A program made the translations under genes and the position numbers. Below the pieces are notes generated by a model. The model was not told where the DNA came from. It saw nothing but the letters and a program-made list of their open reading frames with translations, and did no database searches. Below, in pieces: positions 1 through 7,289 of a DNA stretch of 38,563 nucleotides. How positions within the stretch are numbered: the stretch's first letter is position 1; each line of letters opens with the position of its first letter. Source of the DNA: Candidatus Methanomethylophilaceae archaeon (GTDB lineage Archaea > Thermoplasmatota > Thermoplasmata > Methanomassiliicoccales > Methanomethylophilaceae); the NCBI GenBank assembly GCA_035271005.1, contig DATESF010000011.1, forward strand, positions 1 through 38,563, given 5' to 3'.

Positions 1-772
1 TACCATAGGGCGTGTCGCGGCGTAGATCGAAATCGAGTCCACAGCCTCTCATTGCTGGTCCGGTAATACCGAGGTTAGCACACTGTTCACGTGTAAGATA
101 GCTTATGCCTCTCATTCTTGAAACATATATGGAACTATCATCGATCATCTCGATAATGTCCCAAAGTCTCTTTTTGAATAGATCAGTAACCCTTGGTAAA
201 TCTCTGTCGAACAATTCAGTAGTATCGTTCCTTACACCGCCTATACGCGGGTAGTTAGTAGTCATTCTCTGACCACAAAGCCTTACGTTAAGATCAAGCC
301 AGTACTCTCTTTCCCTCATTGCCCAAAGGAATATGGTAAGGTTTCCTAAATCGGTACCTACTGCAGCCAACCACATAAGATGTGACTGGATACGGCATAT
401 TTCGTCTGCGATTATCCTTATGTATTCGGCCTTCTCTGGCACTTCTATATCGAGAGCCTTCTCGACTGTCATACAGTAAAGATGCGCGTATGTCATCGAT
501 GCAGAATAACAAAGACGGTCGGCCATCGGAATTATCTTCGGATATGACCTGTTCTCTGTTTCCTTTTCCCAGCCACGATGTAAATAACCGATAACTGGTT
601 CAGCATCTGTAACGATTTCTCCATCGACTTTGATCTTCAAAGTCCAAAGTCCATGGGAGAAGGGATGCTGCGGACCCATGTAGATCCACATCTCATCCGT
701 ATCGTAATTCGTTTTTCCAATCCTCTCTTCTGGAGGTGAATCAAATGTATCGATTGTATTTTCGACTACCAT
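1..772 (-). CDS. nuoD: NADH:quinone / Fpo-type oxidoreductase subunit D (49-kDa subunit); 5' part only, the gene runs off the left edge
   Basis: It is absent from the ORF track because it has no stop inside the window. Reverse translation from ATG 772-770 gives MVVENTIDTFDSPPEERIGKTNYDTDEMWIYMGPQHPFSHGLWTLKIKVDGEIV..GYLHRGWEKETENRSY..LCGQRMTTNYPRIGGV. GPQHP..HG and YLHRG.EK are NuoD/FpoD hallmarks. The start overlaps the nuoC stop (TAATG). Confidence 0.9.
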   Translation of the reverse strand, partial: MVVENTIDTFDSPPEERIGKTNYDTDEMWIYMGPQHPFSHGLWTLKIKVDGEIVTDAEPVIGYLHRGWEKETENRSYPKIIPMADRLCYSASMTYAHLYCMTVEKALDIEVPEKAEYIRIIADEICRIQSHLMWLAAVGTDLGNLTIFLWAMREREYWLDLNVRLCGQRMTTNYPRIGGVRNDTTELFDRDLPRVTDLFKKRLWDIIEMIDDSSIYVSRMRGISYLTREQCANLGITGPAMRGCGLDFDLRRDTPYG

Positions 773-1248
773 TACTCCTGCCCCCTTAATTTATATGATT
801 TTCTGAACGGGAAAAAGTTGTAAGTATCCGGAGTAAGGAGCCTTTCAAGTTTCGGGTGTCCATCAAAAATTATTCCGAATAGCTCGTAGGTTTCCCTCTC
901 GTGCCAGTTGGCGCCTTCCCACACAAGTGCTATAGAAGGTACATGAAGATCGTCAAGCGGAAGCTTGGCAGTCAATTCTATATTGATTCCCGTGTGATAA
1001 TTAGTAAGAATGTAGATAACTTCCATGTGTTCAATCATATCTAAACCCATGACTATTGAGCAGTGCTCAAAAGTTAGATTGTCACTGATATAATTGCAGA
1101 TGTCGAAAACATCGTTTTTATCCAGCAGTTCTACAATTATACGATCTGCTTCATATCTTAACACATTGATTTTTCCGTCAAACTTTGTATTGAGAAGAAT
1201 TTTAATCTCGTTAAGCGTAGGTTTCTGATAAATTGCTTCAGCATCCAT
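772..1248 (-). CDS. nuoC: NADH:quinone / Fpo-type oxidoreductase subunit C (30-kDa subunit)
   Basis: 158-aa ORF with the NuoC signature WEGANWHERETYELFGIIFDGHP. It sits between nuoB and nuoD in canonical order. Confidence 0.9.
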   Translation of the reverse strand: MDAEAIYQKPTLNEIKILLNTKFDGKINVLRYEADRIIVELLDKNDVFDICNYISDNLTFEHCSIVMGLDMIEHMEVIYILTNYHTGINIELTAKLPLDDLHVPSIALVWEGANWHERETYELFGIIFDGHPKLERLLTPDTYNFFPFRKSYKLRGQE

Positions 1249-1250
1249 GT

Positions 1251-1814
1251 TTAGTCCTCCAGGAATACTCCTCTAGCGAAATAGTCGCCGATTTTGTTCT
1301 GAAGTAGCATGAATCCGTCAATCATTGCGTCAGGCTTAACAGGACATCCGGGAATGAATATGTCTATCGGAACTATCTGATCTGCACCCTGTACACAATT
1401 GTACGAGTCATACCAAGGACCTCCGGAAATAGCACATTCTCCCATAGCCACTACCCACTTAGGGCTAGGCATCTGTTCGTAAAGACGTCTGATACTCGGA
1501 CGTACTTTCTTGCTGATCCATCCGTTAAGCAGAAGAATATCAGTCTGCCTAGGAGATGATCGGTAAATGATACCGAGACGTTCGGCATCGTGCCTAGGGG
1601 CAGAAGCTGCAGCCATTTCAAGAGCACAACATGCAAGTCCCCAGTGCAACGGATGCATTGAGTTCTTCATAGCCCACGTCCAGACGGGGCCAGTTAACTT
1701 GTCAACAGACTTTTTTGTTCCAGCGCTCAACAGATCGTTGATAACCGCAGTGGACCAGTCCATAAACTCACCAGCGCTCATAGCGATGGCGTGTGGGTAC
1801 ATGCTCATATCCAT
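1251..1814 (-). CDS. nuoB: NADH:quinone / Fpo-type oxidoreductase subunit B (20-kDa, N2 cluster subunit)
   Basis: Contains the CCALEM, GECAISGG and PGCPVKP cluster-ligand motifs. I prefer the ATG at 1814 (MDMSMYPH..), which is preceded by GGAGG, over the track start at 1883, which would overlap nuoA by 79 nt. Confidence 0.9.
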   Translation of the reverse strand: MDMSMYPHAIAMSAGEFMDWSTAVINDLLSAGTKKSVDKLTGPVWTWAMKNSMHPLHWGLACCALEMAAASAPRHDAERLGIIYRSSPRQTDILLLNGWISKKVRPSIRRLYEQMPSPKWVVAMGECAISGGPWYDSYNCVQGADQIVPIDIFIPGCPVKPDAMIDGFMLLQNKIGDYFARGVFLED

Positions 1815-2167
1815 ATTTTTTCCTCCTTCTTCAAAGCGTAGCAAAGTCCCAAGACCATTACGGCTAGGAACACCATCATCCACATGCGAGCCATGGTTGA
1901 AAGACCGGAAAATCCTAGAGTCCAGACCATCAAGAAGGTCGCAACCAGGTCAAAGACCACGAAAATAATAGCAAAAGCGTAGTGCTGGAACCTAAACTGG
2001 ACGTGTGCATCCCCTATAGGTTCAGACCCACATTCGTAGGTCGTTTCCATCCACTCTGTAGTTTTCGTAGGCCTGATAAACCTAGAGACATACCACGCCA
2101 AAGGCGCGAATCCGAGACAAACGACAGCGAGTATCGTCAACGGAATGTATTCTACTATCAGTGACAT
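1805..2167 (-). CDS. nuoA: NADH:quinone / Fpo-type oxidoreductase subunit A (membrane subunit)
   Basis: 120 aa with three hydrophobic segments, the YECGSEP motif typical of NuoA/ND3, and the first position in a nuoABCD order. Confidence 0.85.
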   Translation of the reverse strand: MSLIVEYIPLTILAVVCLGFAPLAWYVSRFIRPTKTTEWMETTYECGSEPIGDAHVQFRFQHYAFAIIFVVFDLVATFLMVWTLGFSGLSTMARMWMMVFLAVMVLGLCYALKKEEKIWI

Positions 2168-2190
2168 TAGGGCGTTGCCAAGCTTTGAAA

Positions 2191-2198
2191 GTATATAA
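2191..2198 (-). promoter_or_regulatory. TATA-like box for the nuoABCD unit
   Basis: TTATATAC on the minus strand, centred about 28 nt upstream of the nuoA ATG (2167). This spacing implies a leaderless or very short-leader mRNA. Confidence 0.35.
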
Positions 2199-2221
2199 CA
2201 ATTGAGTAATTTTCTCCCTGT

Positions 2222-2250
2222 ATAACGCGAGATATTAATGCGAGCGCGGG
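2222..2250. promoter_or_regulatory. Two tandem copies of the CG-rich motif WTAAYGCGAG between the divergent nuoA and proC TATA boxes
   Basis: ATAACGCGAG (2222-2231) and TTAATGCGAG (2235-2244), the second followed by CGCGGG. They form a CG-rich island in an otherwise A/T-rich intergenic region. Related copies lie at 3106-3115 (minus strand), 8220-8233 and 21448-21467. Confidence 0.35.
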
Positions 2251-2256
2251 AACAAG

Positions 2257-2269
2257 TTATATTATATTA
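2257..2269 (+). promoter_or_regulatory. TATA-like box for proC
   Basis: TTATATTATATTA centred about 24 nt upstream of the proC ATG at 2286, with no SD in between. This suggests a leaderless mRNA. Confidence 0.4.
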
Positions 2270-2285
2270 CCCAGTTCCGTAAATT

Positions 2286-3092
2286 ATGACGGTTAAAATC
2301 GGTTTTATCGGCACAGGGCGTATGGCCTCTGCAATGATAGGCGGAGTGCTTACTAGTGGACTATATGCCAGTGAAGAAGTTATAGGTTGTGCTCCGAGTG
2401 AAGAGACCCGAGATAGGATTTCTTCAAAATTCGGCATCGTAATGTACAAAACTGCGGCGGAAGTTGCAAAACTTACCGACTTTCTAGTTTTAGGTGTAAA
2501 ACCCATTCAAGTTCATTCGGTTTTCGCCGAAGATGGACTTGAACTCGGAAGTTCGCATTTGATAACAAGCATTGTTGCAGGCGTTAAGATCTCAACTTTA
2601 GAGTCATATGTGCCAGATGCTAAAATAGTGCGAGTTATGCCCAATCATTGTTGCCTTGTAAACACCGGAGCTGCGGGATTTTCCCGGGGCTCCAAGGCCA
2701 CAGAAGATGACGTTGCTAAAGTCAACGCTGTACTATCCTCTTCTGGCCTAGCTGTAGAAGTAGACGAGAAAGACATGGATGCAGTTACAGGATTAGCTGG
2801 AAGTTCCCCTGCGTTTATGTACATGATAATAGACGCTATGGCCGATGCAGGAGAGATGTATGGAGTCTCACGGGAGAAATCTGTAGAACTCGCTGCTCAA
2901 TCGATGCTTGGAGCCGCAAGGATGATTCTATACACAGGTGAATCCCCGAAACAGTTGATGGATAACGTATGCTCACCAGGAGGCACCACTGTAGAAGGCT
3001 TGCGCGTCCTTGAAGAACATGACGTAAGAGGTGCGTTCATCGCCGCTGTAAAAGCAAGTGTTGAAAGATCACGCGAAATGGCGAAGGAATGA
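2286..3092 (+). CDS. proC: Pyrroline-5-carboxylate reductase
   Basis: 268 aa. N-terminal Rossmann motif IGFIGTGRMASAMIGG, and the conserved C-terminal SPGGTT(VEG) motif of ProC. Confidence 0.9.
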   Translation: MTVKIGFIGTGRMASAMIGGVLTSGLYASEEVIGCAPSEETRDRISSKFGIVMYKTAAEVAKLTDFLVLGVKPIQVHSVFAEDGLELGSSHLITSIVAGVKISTLESYVPDAKIVRVMPNHCCLVNTGAAGFSRGSKATEDDVAKVNAVLSSSGLAVEVDEKDMDAVTGLAGSSPAFMYMIIDAMADAGEMYGVSREKSVELAAQSMLGAARMILYTGESPKQLMDNVCSPGGTTVEGLRVLEEHDVRGAFIAAVKASVERSREMAKE

Positions 3093-3098
3093 TCGTCC

Positions 3099-3116
3099 TC
3101 GCGCGCTCGCGTTAAT
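3099..3116. repeat. Right arm of an 18-bp imperfect inverted repeat bracketing proC (partner at 2234-2251)
   Basis: The reverse complement of 3099-3116 is ATTAACGCGAGCGCGCGA. The partner at 2234-2251 is ATTAATGCGAGCGCGGGA. 16 of 18 positions are identical. Confidence 0.6.
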
Positions 3117-3126
3117 AAGATATGAA

Positions 3127-4854
3127 TTATGAGCGCTTCATGGGAAGAAGTAGTCCCTTTAACATCCTTGGAGCGCTCCACCATATCGGCCTTGTTTTCC
3201 AAAGAAGGTCACTCTTCTCGGCGATGGTGGAGTCCATCATCTCCATTCCCTTTTCTTTGATTCCCCAAAGAAGCCTCTCCCGTTCATCCTCATCCTGAAT
3301 CGTCATGATGTCATCGACCTCGTGCATAAGCGAACGAGCCATCTCTGTTCTTTCAGTTCTGTTCTTCATTTGAGATTCAGATATTCTGCCAGCTTCGAAT
3401 TCGCATTGTGCCAGTACATTGGCTGCATCATAAGATGTCTCTGCGATAACATCACGAGACATCAACTCCGTCTCGTAGGAAAGAGTGAGTTTCCACGATG
3501 GCTTGTCCAAAAGCAAGCGGTGTTCCTCTAGTGTCCTAGCAAAGAACGTATATCCCCATTTTTCAGGATTTTCGAAAGCCATGCTACCAGGATCAACGAA
3601 TGGAGAGAACGGCGAGTTGTAAATGAATAAAGGATCGTCTTTATCTACTAAGGACCAAAGCTCTTTAGAGGCTCTGGCACTGTTTAGGGCAGACTCACTT
3701 GATTGGAATGGAAGTCCCGTCATATAGAACAAATCCATACGTTCGCATCCTCCTTCGAACGCATTTGTTACAGTTTTTTTGATTTCTTCGTTAGAATAAC
3801 CTTTACCTAAGGGGAACCGAACACTCTCATCATGAGAATCTGGCGAGAACTCTATAGTATAGCCGCCGTCGAAAGCGTGATCTAAGGATTTGAAAAATTC
3901 AGCGCTAGCACTATTGAAAAGTTCTATGACAACGTGATTCTTTATTCCACGTTCCTTGACGGATTTCAAGAAACGTTCAGCATAGTCCTTTCCTTTCTGC
4001 CTTATGTCACCAACAACGAATACAGGAGCCTTCATGTAACTCTCTATAGACTCTAAGTCTTCAGCGAGTTTCTCGGGACTTCTAAACGCTGGCTTTTGAC
4101 GACATACTACTTTAGAATTAGCAAAATGTGAACCGCCACATTCGACACAGTTCAAAGAACATCCTCTAACAGAAAGTGCCATAGTAAGAGGATCTGAATC
4201 CCATCCTGCCCATGGAAGTGAACTTTTGATGTCCATTGTTTTGATGGCACTCTTTATCATGGTTCCATAATCGAATATTATGTCATCCAAAGAGTCAGGA
4301 ACGTAAGTAACTCCATTGTTGTTTATCTTACCGTCCTTGTCTTTCCATATTAGATTTGGAACTTCTGAAAGGTCTCCACCAGATTCCAAGACCTGCATCA
4401 ACTTTACCGTAGGTATCTCGGTACTATCGCCGCGCATTACTAGATCGATCTCTGGACGTCGAATAACCTCATCCCAGAAATAGGAGGTTGTTAAACCACC
4501 CAACTCAATTATTGAATTGGGATGATATTTCTTTATTAATTTAGCGATTTCAAATACTCCATGTGCATGGGGCATCCAATGAAGATCGATGAAGTACACT
4601 TTGGAATCCATCTTCCTAATGACTTTTTCAACATCGTACTTATCGTCCATAAGCATGCGAACCGCTAAATTCACAATCTTTGTTTTGAACCCAGCCTTCT
4701 GAAGGTGGGCGCTAATTGTCATGAACCCTATAGGGTACATTTCAAACACAGGTGACGATGGTATGACGTCACTTATGGGACCATAAAATATAGGTTTTTT
4801 TCTAAAATCGTAAACACTTGGTGCATGTATTAGTACTGCATCATAGCCTGACAT
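3127..4854 (-). CDS. B12-binding-domain / radical SAM protein (class-B-like); candidate tetraether lipid synthase (Tes/GDGT-MAS) family member
   Basis: 575 aa. The N-terminal region has an alternating beta/alpha pattern typical of B12-binding-like domains (AVLIHAPSVYDF.., VYFIDLHW). The radical-SAM CX3CX2C motif is at RGCSLNCVECGG. There is a long C-terminal extension. The start lies 3 nt downstream of the uppS stop. The Tes family assignment is from memory of its domain architecture only. Confidence 0.6.
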   Translation of the reverse strand: MSGYDAVLIHAPSVYDFRKKPIFYGPISDVIPSSPVFEMYPIGFMTISAHLQKAGFKTKIVNLAVRMLMDDKYDVEKVIRKMDSKVYFIDLHWMPHAHGVFEIAKLIKKYHPNSIIELGGLTTSYFWDEVIRRPEIDLVMRGDSTEIPTVKLMQVLESGGDLSEVPNLIWKDKDGKINNNGVTYVPDSLDDIIFDYGTMIKSAIKTMDIKSSLPWAGWDSDPLTMALSVRGCSLNCVECGGSHFANSKVVCRQKPAFRSPEKLAEDLESIESYMKAPVFVVGDIRQKGKDYAERFLKSVKERGIKNHVVIELFNSASAEFFKSLDHAFDGGYTIEFSPDSHDESVRFPLGKGYSNEEIKKTVTNAFEGGCERMDLFYMTGLPFQSSESALNSARASKELWSLVDKDDPLFIYNSPFSPFVDPGSMAFENPEKWGYTFFARTLEEHRLLLDKPSWKLTLSYETELMSRDVIAETSYDAANVLAQCEFEAGRISESQMKNRTERTEMARSLMHEVDDIMTIQDEDERERLLWGIKEKGMEMMDSTIAEKSDLLWKTRPIWWSAPRMLKGLLLPMKRS

Positions 4855-4857
4855 AAT

Positions 4858-5634
4858 TCACTCTCCGAACCGCCTTCCGCGTTGTTGATACGTCCGTATG
4901 GCCCGCAGGAAATCTATGTGCCTGAAACCTGGCCAGTAAACGTCTGTAAAATAAAGTTCTGAATATGCAAGTTGCCATAAGAGAAAGTTAGATATTCTTA
5001 CTTCACCAGAAGTTCTCAATACTAAATCTGGATCCGGTATATCTGAGGCGTACATGTGATCGGATATCGTATCCTCATCTATGTCCTCGATGTTGATCAT
5101 TCCATCAACAACTTTCTGGGCAACTCTCTTGACAGCTACGGTTATTTCCTGTCTGCCGCTATAGGCTACGGCCATATTGAAATAGTAATCCGAATAGCCT
5201 TTGGTCTTTTCGTAAGCGTAATCAATAGCGTCCCTTACGTAATCGGGTAACATGGTAATGTCACCAAGAACTTTTATACACACTCTTTTTTTGTGTACAG
5301 TCTCGCTTTCCGCGAATCGAATGAGAGAATCTTTTAAAAGATCCATTAGGTACTCGACCTCTTCCGGCCCTCGATTGAAATTTTCTACGGAAAACGCGTA
5401 GACGGTCAAAACCTTAATGCCGTCTTCGACGCACCAATCCAAGACCTCTTCTAATTTCTCGCTACCTAAACGATGGCCTTCTTCTCTGGGTTCCCCATGC
5501 TCTTCAGCATATCTTCTGTTGCCATCCATAATTATTGCAATATGATTTGGCAAAGGGCATTCCAACACCTCTTTCCTGAGCTTTGCCTCGTAGGTAGAAT
5601 AAACTTTATCGGCTAGAATGTTGGATAAAGGCAT
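4858..5634 (-). CDS. uppS: cis-prenyltransferase (undecaprenyl/tritrans,polycis-polyprenyl diphosphate synthase)
   Basis: Contains the HIAIIMDGNRRYA motif, the C-terminal ..RTSGE.R.SNFLLWQ.AYSELYF.. motif and FGE. I prefer the ATG at 5634 (MPLSNIL..) to the TTG at 5685, which would overlap the upstream gene by 47 nt. Confidence 0.9.
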   Translation of the reverse strand: MPLSNILADKVYSTYEAKLRKEVLECPLPNHIAIIMDGNRRYAEEHGEPREEGHRLGSEKLEEVLDWCVEDGIKVLTVYAFSVENFNRGPEEVEYLMDLLKDSLIRFAESETVHKKRVCIKVLGDITMLPDYVRDAIDYAYEKTKGYSDYYFNMAVAYSGRQEITVAVKRVAQKVVDGMINIEDIDEDTISDHMYASDIPDPDLVLRTSGEVRISNFLLWQLAYSELYFTDVYWPGFRHIDFLRAIRTYQQRGRRFGE

Positions 5635-5638
5635 CAAA

Positions 5639-6598
5639 TCACTCAAAATCCTCTGGCACGCCTGCGGAACGGACACCCATGTCAAAACAACCTATGGCTG
5701 CAACTGCACCGATCACTCCGCGCATTCCTGTAACTGCAATTATCTGGATTCCGTTCTTTGCAGCTAAATCAATAGCCACATCCTTTTCATAAAGTACGGA
5801 TTTAGCGCTCCATCCGAAGTCGCTGATTGCTTCAGGTATTTTTATACCGCTGTAAACCGCTATTACTGCATCGTCAGAGTAAGATTCTTTTCTAACGAAA
5901 TCCACGGCGTATTCGATAAGCTTCGGTACATCTTCTTCCTTTACGGCAAAAGATACAGCTGTTGAACAACAATTAGAAGTCTTGTTCGGCGCTTTTGGAT
6001 TCAACTGAATGATCTTGTGGTCCAAGAATTTTCCATATGGACATGACTTTCCAAGTTTCATACCAACGACCCAGGTTGCGCCTTCTTCCTTTGTATCTGT
6101 ATCGTCTATCCCGATGACCAACCGTACCAACTTAGGAGTCACTATTTCAACGGAGGCTTCGTGAGCACCTCCCATCTGGAAATCATCTGGATATATCGTC
6201 TCTATAACGCCCTCATATTGAGGTATTGATGCGCCAATCCCTACGGAAGCTCCAGCGAGTCCTTTCCATTTTGTATGTACGCAGTCGCCTTTGACAACGA
6301 GTGAAGATACGCCTTGACCGCCAAGTAGTTCTGAAACAGGTCCAAAATTTAATTTCCTTTCGCCGATGATAGTGTTCATAATCAAAGTGTGACCATCAAT
6401 GGCAATATCTTCGATTATGCCCCCAGCACGCCTACGGTTAATTACGTCCCATTCGGCCTGACCTCTAGAAGAACATACCTCAAGTATCTGTGCGATACCG
6501 TTTTCCTCATCTACCATGGTGTAAAAGCCACGACAGAACATAGGTCCGTATTTTTCTTTGACCTCATCAGGCCTTAGGACTGTAGGCATTTCATTCAT
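5639..6598 (-). CDS. Uncharacterised two-domain protein; the C-terminal half resembles the TiaS N-terminal kinase domain (DUF1743-type)
   Basis: 319 aa. Residues from about 160 onward contain VIGIDDTDTKEEGAT.., IQLNPKAPNKTSNCCSTAVSF and GMRGVIGAVAAIG. As I recall them, these mirror the GIDDTDS, RLNP..P.KT....AVSF and G.G.IGA.AA.G blocks of archaeal tRNA(Ile2) agmatidine synthetase TiaS. I do not recognise the N-terminal 155 aa. The ATG overlaps the kptA stop (ATGAATGA). Confidence 0.45.
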   Translation of the reverse strand: MNEMPTVLRPDEVKEKYGPMFCRGFYTMVDEENGIAQILEVCSSRGQAEWDVINRRRAGGIIEDIAIDGHTLIMNTIIGERKLNFGPVSELLGGQGVSSLVVKGDCVHTKWKGLAGASVGIGASIPQYEGVIETIYPDDFQMGGAHEASVEIVTPKLVRLVIGIDDTDTKEEGATWVVGMKLGKSCPYGKFLDHKIIQLNPKAPNKTSNCCSTAVSFAVKEEDVPKLIEYAVDFVRKESYSDDAVIAVYSGIKIPEAISDFGWSAKSVLYEKDVAIDLAAKNGIQIIAVTGMRGVIGAVAAIGCFDMGVRSAGVPEDFE

Positions 6599-7289
6599 CC
6601 CTTTCCGAGTTATCAGATTCTTCAGATTCTTCGTAATCGTCTTCGTAATCGTCTTCTGGCTCTTCTGCTATAGACAAACATGACGAAGGTACTTTATCAC
6701 ATAAAAAGACAGTTCTTGCTGCCTTTCCTACTGGGAATCCTTCCTCTCCGCAACCGTCTGTATCTATTGCCAAAATAACTGGACATTCACTTCTAACTGA
6801 ACCTGCTGTTACTGCATCATCATACGTTAGTGAAAGATGGACCATGGCTCTGTCTGTAGGCATTAGTCCTGTTTCCAAAATAATATCGACCTCTTCATCA
6901 GTGGCAGGATAATACAGCTCCTCCGGGATATTATCCGTAGGAAGGTTGAGATCGAGTTTTATCGTGTGACCATAGGTTGCTCTTACATCGGCACCAGAAG
7001 TCTGATACCTGCCTTTGGGATCGGTATCTACCATAGCTTCAACGTGGTGTGGCCTGATCCATTTCCACCGATTCTGATCATTACCTTTGACCATTGAAAC
7101 AATGTCGCGGATGTCCACAAAACCCTGTTCGTCCATATCGGGGTCACCGTTAGCGTGCCTTAGGATGGCCGCCATCCTTCTTCCGAGTCTTTCCACTTCG
7201 AAGTCGCTCATGATGAATTTGCCTTCCTCTCCACAGAGCGGGCATTCCTCATCACGGAAATATCCATGTTCTTCGCACTCACGTATCAT
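6591..7289 (-). CDS. kptA: RNA 2'-phosphotransferase (Tpt1/KptA family) with an N-terminal Zn-knuckle and an acidic C-terminal tail
   Basis: 232 aa. Core blocks LGRRMAAILRH, GFVDIRDI, RYQTSG..VRATYGHT and MVHLS match the Tpt1/KptA fold. The start overlaps the folD stop (ATGA). Confidence 0.85.
   Translation of the reverse strand: MIRECEEHGYFRDEECPLCGEEGKFIMSDFEVERLGRRMAAILRHANGDPDMDEQGFVDIRDIVSMVKGNDQNRWKWIRPHHVEAMVDTDPKGRYQTSGADVRATYGHTIKLDLNLPTDNIPEELYYPATDEEVDIILETGLMPTDRAMVHLSLTYDDAVTAGSVRSECPVILAIDTDGCGEEGFPVGKAARTVFLCDKVPSSCLSIAEEPEDDYEDDYEESEESDNSERDE
6614..6652 (-). repeat. In-frame micro-tandem repeats in the acidic tail of kptA
   Basis: A perfect 9-bp tandem duplication, CAGATTCTT x2 (6614-6631), encodes EESEES. 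A perfect 12-bp tandem duplication, CTTCGTAATCGT x2 (6629-6652), encodes DDYEDDYE. Confidence 0.85.

Noticed and set aside
294-594. Track ORFs 294-512 (minus strand) and 382-594 (plus strand) at the left edge.
   Set aside because: Both lie inside the nuoD reading frame (1-772, minus strand). That frame is not in the track only because it lacks a stop within the window. The nuoD translation carries the diagnostic motifs.
1815-1883. The long N-terminal extensions offered by the ORF track for nuoB (start 1883) and uppS (start 5685).
   Set aside because: Both extensions overlap the preceding gene extensively (79 nt and 47 nt) and add non-conserved residues. The internal ATGs at 1814 and 5634 sit at the gene junctions, and nuoB's is preceded by GGAGG.
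2234-3116. proC as a mobile cassette or MITE-like element, because of the flanking inverted repeat.
   Set aside because: There is no transposase or integrase and I see no target-site duplication. The repeat arms are copies of a motif that also occurs at unrelated promoters (8220-8233 and 21448-21467). A regulatory explanation is therefore more likely. I keep it as a low-interest finding rather than a mobile-element call.
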